In this document: positions 37,819 through 47,173 of the stretch, piece after piece
Layout: each line of letters opens with the position of its first letter
Numbering within the stretch: position 1 is the first letter of the stretch
Assembly (NCBI GenBank): GCA_944392105.1
Contig: CALXVM010000007.1
Span: forward strand, 3,624-67,623
Source: an uncultured Clostridia bacterium
GTDB taxonomy: Bacteria > Bacillota > Clostridia > TANB77 > CAG-508
Direction of reading: 5' to 3'
Length of the DNA: 64,000 nucleotides
Program-made: the position numbers and the translations under genes
The notes under the pieces: generated by a model
Databases searched by the model: none
What the model saw: only the letters and a program-made list of their open reading frames with translations
What the model was told of the DNA's origin: nothing

Positions 37819-37939
37819 CTTCCTATTGCTTCGTTAATTTCTTGTTTTTTGTTTTAAAGTAATATGCAAATAATTAATATTACTTTTAATTGATTTTTAT
37901 TAGTTTAATATATAAAATTAGTATGTTTTTTTATTCTAA

Positions 37940-38551
37940 CTAATTTTCTTCTAATTGCTTTATATATCTATAAATTTCGCCCCAGTTATATAATACTTTT
38001 AAATATTCATTTTCTTCCAAGTCGAAAGATGGTGCATCTTTTAAATATATTGTATGTATGTGGTCCCTAGCTAATTTTTTACAATTTTTATTTGAGTCAT
38101 CTATCATTAAGTCTATCTTCTCTTGTTTACAAATTTCTTCTTTATTTTCAGTTCCCCAATAATATTTTTCGAATATATCAAGGTCGTTATCTTTAAGTCT
38201 TTGGATTGTTATAGGTATCAAATCCTTATTTAGCTTTCCTCTTGCAGTTATAACTATTAGAGTATGCCCTTCTTCTTTTAGCAAAGGTATAATATCCTTT
38301 GCTCCTGGCATAAAATTAGATACTTCTGTAATTTTTCTATGATATTTTTTTACAAAGCCATCTGTTTCTTCTTCACTCCATGAATATCTATCTTGAAATT
38401 TTATTTCTCTGTTATTTCTTATGCTGTTTTTCTTTAAATCCTGAATATCATATAGCTCTGAGTATATTCTATAAAGTTTTTCTGAGTCAAATATTACTCC
38501 ATCTAAATCAATTCCAATTCTCATGCACAAATTTGTATGATGTTTTACCAT
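37940..38551 (-). CDS. HAD-superfamily 5'(3')-deoxyribonucleotidase-like (NT5C family)
   Basis: IGIDLDGVIFD (DxDxV/T nucleophile motif). ~200 aa. MIDDS near the C-terminal third. Confidence 0.6.
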   Translation of the reverse strand: MVKHHTNLCMRIGIDLDGVIFDSEKLYRIYSELYDIQDLKKNSIRNNREIKFQDRYSWSEEETDGFVKKYHRKITEVSNFMPGAKDIIPLLKEEGHTLIVITARGKLNKDLIPITIQRLKDNDLDIFEKYYWGTENKEEICKQEKIDLMIDDSNKNCKKLARDHIHTIYLKDAPSFDLEENEYLKVLYNWGEIYRYIKQLEEN

Positions 38552-38741
38552 ACTCTCCTTTCCTCGTTTTTTATATATTCTATCTTAGATATGTCATTTT
38601 TTCAATTATTTTTGGTTTTTATTAATAATTTTATAAGATTTTGATATCTATAATTAGTTGCCTCATTTTTTATTATTTGTAGCCGATTAATTTCGGTCCG
38701 TTCCGCTATAGCGGATATTTTTTGTGCGTTTTAAAATTATT

Positions 38742-38768
38742 CTACAACAAAACCCGCCGGAGCGGGTT
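38742..38768 (-). terminator. terminator after cas2
   Basis: AACCCGC-TCCG-GCGGGTT hairpin followed by TTTGTTGT on the minus strand. Confidence 0.7.
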
Positions 38769-38793
38769 AATGTGATTGTAATAGACGAAATTA

Positions 38794-39078
38794 CTATAAA
38801 AAGTTGTCTGTTTTATCCTCTTCAATTTTTCCTAAAAATTTTTTATCTAGCCATTTTTGACTTCTACTTTTAAATACAATCACTGAATCTTTTTCTTTTC
38901 TAATATGTCTTTTTAGCTCTTTCTCTAATTTTAGCATTGCTGAATCTGAAATATCACCTTCAAATACTGAATTTTGTATATGTACCAAATATTTTTTACA
39001 AGTTTTGAATACTTTTCTTAAAACTTTCTGTCCTCCATTTTCTTCTAAATTTATATCATAAACTAAAATTATATACAT
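38794..39078 (-). CDS. cas2: CRISPR-associated endoribonuclease Cas2
   Basis: 94 aa. MYIILVYDI start typical of Cas2. Directly follows cas1. Confidence 0.9.
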   Translation of the reverse strand: MYIILVYDINLEENGGQKVLRKVFKTCKKYLVHIQNSVFEGDISDSAMLKLEKELKRHIRKEKDSVIVFKSRSQKWLDKKFLGKIEEDKTDNFL

Positions 39079-39079
39079 A

Positions 39080-40072
39080 CTACCACCACATTTTAAATCC
39101 TTCGTATTCTTGTCCTTCTATAAAATGCTTTATTAATTTATATATCTCTAACCTTATTAAATATTCATAACTTACTTCTCTATTTAGCTTTTTGTGTTTA
39201 ATTGTCGTTTGAAGTCTTAAGTCCATTTCTCTTGTAATTTCTTTTCTTTTTTCTTCTTTTATGTATAAAAAATTTAAACCTTTTTCAAAATCATTTTCTG
39301 TTATTTGTTTTTTATTTAACATTGAAAATATAAGTCTATCTGCTATAATTGGCTTAAAAATCTCTGCTATATCTAAACAAAGCGAAAATCTTCTCTCTGA
39401 TGGCTCATGCAAATAGCTAATTGTTGGGTTTAATTGTGTTTTATATATTTCACTTAATACCCTTGTATATACTAATGTGTTTGTATACGAAATTAACGAA
39501 TTTATAGCATTATCCGGAGGATTTTTGACTCGTTTTTCAAATTCTATTTCTTGACTAATAATATTTTTCCATGAACTATAATATGTTTTTCTTATGTTGC
39601 CTTCTATTCCCATTAGTTCTTGTACATCTTTACACAAATCTATTTGTTTTCTTAAATGTTCTATTTCATTTATGTATTCTTTTAATTCTTTTCCTCTATT
39701 ATTATAGTAATTTAAGTTTCTATAAATATTGTATGATGCACTTTTTATAAATTCTTTGGCTATGTTTAGCCTTTTATTCTTATCTATATAATGTTTTACT
39801 TGTTCTATTAGGAGTTTTCCAGATACCAAATTTTCTTTTGGATAGTATGTCCCAGTATAAAAACCATAATGATTAAAAAAGTGTATAGATATACCATATT
39901 GAGATAGAAAATTAAGTAAATTAGTATTCAAATCAAATTCGGTCATAATATAAATGTCGTCTGTATGTTCAACTGGAATTGATTTTTTACTTCCATCTTT
40001 ATAAATAATTTCTAATGAATTGTCTTTTCTCTGTAGTCTTCCGTTTCTATATAAATAGTACGATTTTTTCAT
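39080..40072 (-). CDS. cas1: CRISPR-associated endonuclease Cas1
   Basis: 330 aa. GIEGNIRKTYY..NPPDNAINSLISY..HEPSERRFSLCLDIAEIFKP matches Cas1 core motifs. Confidence 0.9.
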   Translation of the reverse strand: MKKSYYLYRNGRLQRKDNSLEIIYKDGSKKSIPVEHTDDIYIMTEFDLNTNLLNFLSQYGISIHFFNHYGFYTGTYYPKENLVSGKLLIEQVKHYIDKNKRLNIAKEFIKSASYNIYRNLNYYNNRGKELKEYINEIEHLRKQIDLCKDVQELMGIEGNIRKTYYSSWKNIISQEIEFEKRVKNPPDNAINSLISYTNTLVYTRVLSEIYKTQLNPTISYLHEPSERRFSLCLDIAEIFKPIIADRLIFSMLNKKQITENDFEKGLNFLYIKEEKRKEITREMDLRLQTTIKHKKLNREVSYEYLIRLEIYKLIKHFIEGQEYEGFKMWW

Positions 40073-40158
40073 ATCTGAAGCTCATTCCTTTCTTCTATTG
40101 GCTATATGCATGTTTTTATAAGATTTTAATTGTCTCATTTTTCGCTTCTGTTTCCCTT

Positions 40159-40659
40159 TTATATATAACATAAGTCATAATATGCACATTTTTTGCATTT
40201 TTTATCTTGCGCTACATCTATTGGCCCATTTGAGTTTATAATTTTTCTAATGTTCATTATAATATTTTTTAGAGCTTGTCTGTCTTCATTATCTAGTGTT
40301 ATATCTTTTGTTTCTTTTATTAAAGGAAAATCTATTTTTGCTTTAACATTTTCTACACCTTTTTGTTCTAAGTAATACATGTAGTACTTTACTTGCCAAA
40401 TTGATGCTTCTTCAATTGATTTTGTTTTCTTTACTTCATGTAGAATTGCACTATTTTTGATAAAATCAATATTTATAGTATTGTCTATTAAAATATGTTT
40501 TTCTTGATTTTCATAACTCGTTTCGTCTATTATTTTACCAATTTCAACTAGTTCGCTATTCTGTTCCATTTGTATTTGATTTGCAAAATACCATAATTTC
40601 TTTTTGCATACGAAGTAATAATAAACCATTATTCCACTTATCTCTTTCATTTTTATCAC
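40159..40659 (-). CDS. cas4: CRISPR-associated exonuclease Cas4
   Basis: 166 aa. N-terminal Cys (FVCKKK) plus C-terminal CKKCAYYDLC Fe-S cysteines. Confidence 0.85.
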   Translation of the reverse strand: MIKMKEISGIMVYYYFVCKKKLWYFANQIQMEQNSELVEIGKIIDETSYENQEKHILIDNTINIDFIKNSAILHEVKKTKSIEEASIWQVKYYMYYLEQKGVENVKAKIDFPLIKETKDITLDNEDRQALKNIIMNIRKIINSNGPIDVAQDKKCKKCAYYDLCYI

Positions 40660-40806
40660 TTCCTTTTTTGTTTTTATTACGTTATTATTTATCTATATTT
40701 AATGTTCTATTATAATTATATTAAGCTTTAGTAAACTCATTGATTATCAATTAGTATATTTTGATTAATATATATCATTTTCCTGCTTAATTTCCTGTAC
40801 TTTAAA

Positions 40807-42967
40807 GTTTACATTCTATTATATTTAGATTACTACTTCGATTTTCAGCCTCTTTTACTGCTTCATCAGTGTTTATATTCTACTATATTTAAATTACTAC
40901 TTGACCAAATGACAAAGTTCCTCTGACTGTGAAATCCCAATTTATATTCTACTATATTTAAATTACTACCAAGACTATCACGTATATCACTAATCTGTCC
41001 ACTATAATATTTATATTCTACTATATTTAAATTACTACTGAAATATATTACTAAAGATTGTGTAAAAAATAGTAAATTTATATTCTACTATATTTAAATT
41101 ACTACCTTCATCTTCTTTTTGTCTTGCTGGGTTTGCTATTAATATATTTATATTCTACTATATTTAAATTACTACCATATCTATATAATAATTTATGTGA
41201 AAGCATAATCATTTATATTCTACTATATTTAAATTACTACTTAAGAAAGTCGGGACGGTCTAAAATATCACGTGAGACATTTATATTCTACTATATTTAA
41301 ATTACTACTTATTTTGTAGTATCCTTTTTCTGTCATTACGTGATTTATATTCTACTATATTTAAATTACTACTATGTTCTAGTCCATTCTACCCAATAAA
41401 AGAATTCTACATTTATATTCTACTATATTTAAATTACTACGCAACTCTATTTAATATATCTGCTTGATTTTCATCATTTATATTCTACTATATTTAAATT
41501 ACTACAGACTATAACGAATGTGATATACGAATAAAAATAGAATTTATATTCTACTATATTTAAATTACTACTTTAAAACTAAAGTAGATTATACTTTTGA
41601 TGAAGAATTTATATTCTACTATATTTAAATTACTACCCCCACATTAGTCCTGTAGAATTACTATATTCTACATTTATATTCTACTATATTTAAATTACTA
41701 CTTTTGGAGGTAATGTAGTGATAAGAGAGCAAAAAGAAGTATTTATATTCTACTATATTTAAATTACTACTAATTCCAAGCTGTATGATATTACAGTTTA
41801 GCACTATTTATATTCTACTATATTTAAATTACTACGAGCCAGAAGATGACGAAAAAGTCAATCTTCAAAAAATTTATATTCTACTATATTTAAATTACTA
41901 CGAAAAGTATTGATATAAGAAAAAGCAATACCAACATCATTTATATTCTACTATATTTAAATTACTACTTTCTTCTCTAATATCTTCTTCTGTCCTATTC
42001 TTCATATTTATATTCTACTATATTTAAATTACTACCAAGAAGATATGTGGAAATACTCTTCATATTGGTACAATTTATATTCTACTATATTTAAATTACT
42101 ACAAGTATAAACATTTCTAAAAAATCATTTATTTTTTCATTTATATTCTACTATATTTAAATTACTACATAGATAATCCTCATATATTTACAATGAAAGA
42201 TATATGAGATTTATATTCTACTATATTTAAATTACTACTTTTGAAACTTCCTTGATTACTCATTATTCTAAATGATTTATATTCTACTATATTTAAATTA
42301 CTACAAAGTATTGATATAAGAGAAAGCTACGCCGAACATCATTTATATTCTACTATATTTAAATTACTACAAAGAAAATAATCGAGAAAATGAAACTATG
42401 AATTTATTTATATTCTACTATATTTAAATTACTACCTAGTCCTCCTTAAGTTTTAGTCTTCTTCCACACATATTTATATTCTACTATATTTAAATTACTA
42501 CATAATACCCATTTAAATTTTCTTGTCTTTTTATCAAGATTTATATTCTACTATATTTAAATTACTACGTCCATTTGAGCAAGCAACAGTCTACACGCCT
42601 ACAGCATTTATATTCTACTATATTTAAATTACTACACAGAATTATCAGTAACTACAATATTCGCATTGGTATTTATATTCTACTATATTTAAATTACTAC
42701 TCAAATCCATTCGCGGTTGGGTCATCTGTAACATTTGATTTATATTCTACTATATTTAAATTACTACAAGTGATTTTACTTTAACCATTTTATTTGTTTC
42801 TTTATTTATATTCTACTATATTTAAATTACTACATAATTGTATGGATAGCAATAGCACTTGTTATTTTTATTTATATTCTACTATATTTAAATTACTACA
42901 TATCTTCTTTGTTTGCGTAATATTTCTTAATAATTAAATTTATATTCTACTATATTTAAATTACTAC
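40807..42967 (-). CRISPR. CRISPR array, 33 repeats / 32 spacers (34-40 nt)
   Basis: 30-nt repeat ATTTATATTCTACTATATTTAAATTACTAC (plus strand), i.e. GTAGTAATTTAAATATAGTAGAATATAAAT in the cas direction. The terminal repeat at 40807-40836 has 4 mismatches, so the leader is at the 42968 side. Confidence 0.97.
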
Positions 42968-43147
42968 AGGTTCATATATACATGGCTATATTCTAGTGTT
43001 TATCAGCATATATCTGTCGACCTATTCATTTTTTACTAAATTTTCAAATAAAAATTTAGTATATTTATTAAAAATGCTTATATTTAAGCCTTTTCTTTAT
43101 CTGTCGATGCAACGTATATTTTTGCTTATTAGTGGTCGACAGATATT
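42968..43147 (-). promoter_or_regulatory. CRISPR leader
   Basis: 180-bp AT-rich spacer between the cas3 stop and the first perfect repeat. Contains three copies of TATCTGTCGA(C/T) and a TAGAAT -10-like box. Confidence 0.6.
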
Positions 43148-45337
43148 TTATAAGAACCTACTATCCAAATCATATTCTTCATCATTTTCTAATAATAGTC
43201 CTATTTTATTATCATATTTTAAATTAAGTACCTGTATTCCTTCTATCTCTATGCTATTTACAGTATATTCGCGCACTTTTCTCATCTGTCCACTACTTAT
43301 AGTTGTTGTTAACTTATTCATTTCTCTTTTAAGCCTTCTTCTCTTTTCTCTATCTTTTTCGTTCTTATACTCATCAAATAGTTTTATATTTTCATCATAA
43401 ATTGATTTCGGAATTACTGTATAACTTTCTATTTTTCTTAGCAATTGTTGTGCTTCTTTCTTATCTACATCATAGTCTATAATATTGTCTAAAACTTTTA
43501 TTCCTTCTTCAAAGTTTCTTAAAAAGTCACTATCCTTTAATTTTTCTTTGGAGTATAGTTTATCTACTAGCATCATCTTTTGTTCTTCTTTTAGTAGTTT
43601 CTCATCAAATTTTTCTAAAAGTTCTTTACTTATTTCATATATTTTCTTATCATAGACACTACTAATTCCACTATTTTTCTCTGTAAATATATATATATTT
43701 GGCTCATTCATGTCAAATTTTCTTTTTCTATAGCATCTTCCCAATCTTTGAAATAAGCTGTCTAATGTTGACATTTCTGTATATAAATAATCAAAATCTA
43801 TATCTAATGATGCTTCTACAAGTTGTGTTGTAATCCAGACTCCGTTTTCTTTTTTATTATCTGAAAATTCCTTTATTTCTTTTTCTAACTTTGCTCTATC
43901 TTTTGCAATAAATCTAGCATGTAGTAAACGCACATTTTTATTGTTGTATTCTAGTATTTTTTTATATATTTCAATAGCTTTGTTTACAGTATTGGCTATA
44001 ACTAAAACTTTTTTATTTTTTGCTTTTTCACATATTGCCTCACAATTATCTATTATATCTGATTTTTCTAGTTTTATTTTATGTCTTTCTAATTTACTTG
44101 GAACTTCTTTATATTCAAAATCTATCTTCATTTCTTCTAATTTGTCTTTATATATTCTTGGCAGAGTTGCTGTCATAATCATAAATCTTCCGCCAATGTT
44201 ACTTATCATCTGTAAGCCTTTTAAAATGATAGCTGTTATTTCTGGGTCGTATGCTTGTATTTCATCTATAATTACTTTTGAATATGCTAGAGTAGAATAT
44301 ATTCTCTCATATCCTTTATATTTAAATACAAATGGGAATATTTGATCTACTGTACATGTGGTAATTCTATATGATAAATTTTTAGCTTGTTCCCACTCTG
44401 CATTGGAAATTCCAAATTCTGTTTCCGCTTCTTCTAAATAATCTAATGCTGCAGAATGAAGCAGTCCTACACTTTTATAATTTATAATGTCTTTAATTCT
44501 ATCAAATATTGCATTAATGCTTATTCTTAAAGGTAGTGTAAAAAATGCTTTGTCTCCTTGTGCCCACATTAAAGCAGCTTCTGTTTTTCCTAATCCTGTT
44601 GAACCAACTGCAACTACATTGTTTTCTTGATTATTTTTTGCAAATATTTGTAACTCGTTTTCTTTAAAATTATGCTTAATGAAAAAGCTTTCTATATAAT
44701 CTGATATTTTTTCATCACATGTATCTTCTACTTGAATGTGTGCAGAAGCACTATAATCTAGTCGATGTAAAAACCCTTTTAATAAGACATAATCTACGTA
44801 TAATTTGTGTAAAGAATTAATTCGCTTTCCGTCTCCTACTAAACTTAAATATATAGTGTTTGGAGATTTATTAAGCTCTATTTCTAACTCTTCTGATGCA
44901 CTTGCTATCTTTGGCATGAGGTCATTTTTTATTATTTTATTAACCAAGTCTCTATCATCATTTTTTTGTTTTCTCTCATGATGATAATATATTGCCTGAA
45001 TTAATAACTTTTCCACTTGTTCTGTTAGATTTAAGTCATCTATTGGGATAAGAGCTGGAGAAAGTTGTTCGTGTTTTATATCATTATAATTAAATTCTGT
45101 TGGTATTTCTTTCTTACCTATTTTATTTAAAATTAGGTTTTGAAATGGTGTATATATTTTGCCTATGTCATGGTATTTACAAGCTAATTCTAAGATTCTC
45201 CAAAACTCTTCTCCTCTTAAACTTGTTGTTCTTGCTACCTGTTTAGCACTAATTTTCTTTAAATACTTTATTTGTTTTACAAGCTCGTCTGTGTGTTCTT
45301 TTAAGGTCTCTTGTGGTTCTGATTTTGCATAAAACAT
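43148..45337 (-). CDS. cas3: CRISPR-associated helicase/nuclease Cas3 (HD + DExH)
   Basis: HD region (KYHDIGK), helicase motif I GSTGLGKTEAA, motif II IIDEIQ. 729 aa. Confidence 0.9.
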   Translation of the reverse strand: MFYAKSEPQETLKEHTDELVKQIKYLKKISAKQVARTTSLRGEEFWRILELACKYHDIGKIYTPFQNLILNKIGKKEIPTEFNYNDIKHEQLSPALIPIDDLNLTEQVEKLLIQAIYYHHERKQKNDDRDLVNKIIKNDLMPKIASASEELEIELNKSPNTIYLSLVGDGKRINSLHKLYVDYVLLKGFLHRLDYSASAHIQVEDTCDEKISDYIESFFIKHNFKENELQIFAKNNQENNVVAVGSTGLGKTEAALMWAQGDKAFFTLPLRISINAIFDRIKDIINYKSVGLLHSAALDYLEEAETEFGISNAEWEQAKNLSYRITTCTVDQIFPFVFKYKGYERIYSTLAYSKVIIDEIQAYDPEITAIILKGLQMISNIGGRFMIMTATLPRIYKDKLEEMKIDFEYKEVPSKLERHKIKLEKSDIIDNCEAICEKAKNKKVLVIANTVNKAIEIYKKILEYNNKNVRLLHARFIAKDRAKLEKEIKEFSDNKKENGVWITTQLVEASLDIDFDYLYTEMSTLDSLFQRLGRCYRKRKFDMNEPNIYIFTEKNSGISSVYDKKIYEISKELLEKFDEKLLKEEQKMMLVDKLYSKEKLKDSDFLRNFEEGIKVLDNIIDYDVDKKEAQQLLRKIESYTVIPKSIYDENIKLFDEYKNEKDREKRRRLKREMNKLTTTISSGQMRKVREYTVNSIEIEGIQVLNLKYDNKIGLLLENDEEYDLDSRFL

Positions 45338-45347
45338 ACATTACTCC

Positions 45348-45998
45348 TTATTTATAGAATATTATGTAGTCTCCATCTTCATCTTTCAAAACATTTTTTA
45401 ATAATATATTGCTATCTTCTTCTATATATTTTACCTTTACTTTGTCATATTTTCTTAAATTATCTGGAGTTATATGATATACTGTATTAAGATTATAATT
45501 AATTCCGGGCATATCTTCTCCTAGTTTTTCTAATGGGACATATGCATTTCTATTGGCTTGGTCTCTTCTTACTTGTTCTATATTTTGTACATATTTTATT
45601 CCATCTATTCTAACCATATCTTCATTTCTTCCTAATGAAAATGTTTCTTTTCCATTTACAATGTTTTGATAAATTTTGTCTATTACCTCGTCTTCTGCTT
45701 GTACATGAATTACTAAGTTTATGTTTAAAAGTTGATGGACATTTCTTGGCATTGATGTTACTTTATCTTTTCCTTTATACATTCTTAGATTTTGATAGTT
45801 AGTAAAAATGCTTTCATATTCTCCTTGAACAGATATATTCATATCAAAGTATTCACCTGGTTTTGCTTGTAATATTTTATGTAACATACCAATTATAGTA
45901 GAATATGGGGGTAATGGATATGTTTCTGCTACTTTTAAAGCCAATGGTTTCTTATAACATGCTGTTTCTTGAAAAAGATTTAGTTTTAATATTTTCAT
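45348..45998 (-). CDS. cas5: Cas5 (type I-B)
   Basis: 216 aa. ETACYKKPLALKVAETYPLPPYSTIIGMLHKIL is the typical Cas5 N-terminus. Confidence 0.85.
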   Translation of the reverse strand: MKILKLNLFQETACYKKPLALKVAETYPLPPYSTIIGMLHKILQAKPGEYFDMNISVQGEYESIFTNYQNLRMYKGKDKVTSMPRNVHQLLNINLVIHVQAEDEVIDKIYQNIVNGKETFSLGRNEDMVRIDGIKYVQNIEQVRRDQANRNAYVPLEKLGEDMPGINYNLNTVYHITPDNLRKYDKVKVKYIEEDSNILLKNVLKDEDGDYIIFYK

Positions 45999-46033
45999 AA
46001 TTGGTCGCCATCCTTTCTATGTAGTAGCTTAAT

Positions 46034-46948
46034 TTATTTTGCATAATATTCCTTTACCTCATTTTCTATTTCATCAAAGAACTTTTGTATACTAAGCATT
46101 TTATCTCCAAATAGTTCTTGTAATTCTTCCTCATTTTTAAATTCATTTGGAACGATTCCTGCAAAAGTATTTTCTTTTACACTATTTTCTCCTATTTTAA
46201 GCTCCATTGCAGAGTCTAAAATTTTTGTATCTATTTTAAAACCTTCACCTTTTGTCTCTAACTTTATTCTACCTAAGAAAAATGGAGTATTGATGTTATA
46301 TATTCCGCCTACTATAAATAATGGGCTTAGGTTTTCTTCTCTACCTCTAATATCTCTATTTAGTACTTTTATGATTTCTAATAATTGTAGTACTCTATTT
46401 GTTTTTTCTTCTTGGCTAAGTTCTATATTTCCATCTTTTCCAACTCTTGCTAATTCTACTGTTACTGTATATGTATAATAACTTAAATGTTGTTCTACAT
46501 TTGCTAAATTAGGAAATTCATCTATTCTATCTGCTAATCCTTTATTAGTTAAAAAGTCCATATCGCTTTTATATTCTTCTAATGAAAGCGCATGACTTAG
46601 TCTAACAGTTGCACTTCTTGTTTCAGAACCTCCATCCTCATTTTCTGCAGATTTTTTAGATGTTTTCATATAACCAAATAAATCCATCTCTTGAGAATCT
46701 TTAATATTTAGTTCATCTTTAAATTGTATAGTACCTTTTGATTTGTCTACAACTTCTAAATTCCAGTTATATAGTTTATTTCCAATTCTTGCAATATCAT
46801 ATCTTAATGCTTGTCTTGAAGCAAATGTATATACATTTCCATTACCTCTTGCTAACTTTTTTAACTCTGATATGTTTCCAATTCCTTCTCCATAATTTAA
46901 GCTTTGTGCTTTAAATATTATTGTTAATGTTAATCCTTTACTATTCAT
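46034..46948 (-). CDS. cas7: Cas7 (type I-B, Cst2/DevR-like)
   Basis: 304 aa. AQSLNYGEGIGNISELKK..YTFASRQALRYDI matches the Cas7 backbone family. Confidence 0.85.
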   Translation of the reverse strand: MNSKGLTLTIIFKAQSLNYGEGIGNISELKKLARGNGNVYTFASRQALRYDIARIGNKLYNWNLEVVDKSKGTIQFKDELNIKDSQEMDLFGYMKTSKKSAENEDGGSETRSATVRLSHALSLEEYKSDMDFLTNKGLADRIDEFPNLANVEQHLSYYTYTVTVELARVGKDGNIELSQEEKTNRVLQLLEIIKVLNRDIRGREENLSPLFIVGGIYNINTPFFLGRIKLETKGEGFKIDTKILDSAMELKIGENSVKENTFAGIVPNEFKNEEELQELFGDKMLSIQKFFDEIENEVKEYYAK

Positions 46949-47173
46949 AATTATTTCCTTATATAATATAATAAAACTTAAATTTTAATATATAACTTAC
47001 CATTTTGGTTTTATCTCTTTATTACCGATTATGTTTAAATAGGAAACTTATATTATATTTTATTATATTATACTTTCCTTTCTCCATTAATTATTTTATT
47101 CCTAAGAATCTTGGTTTAATGGTACCATTAAAATTTGCAAATAAGTTTAAATATATATGTATTTGTACATAAT

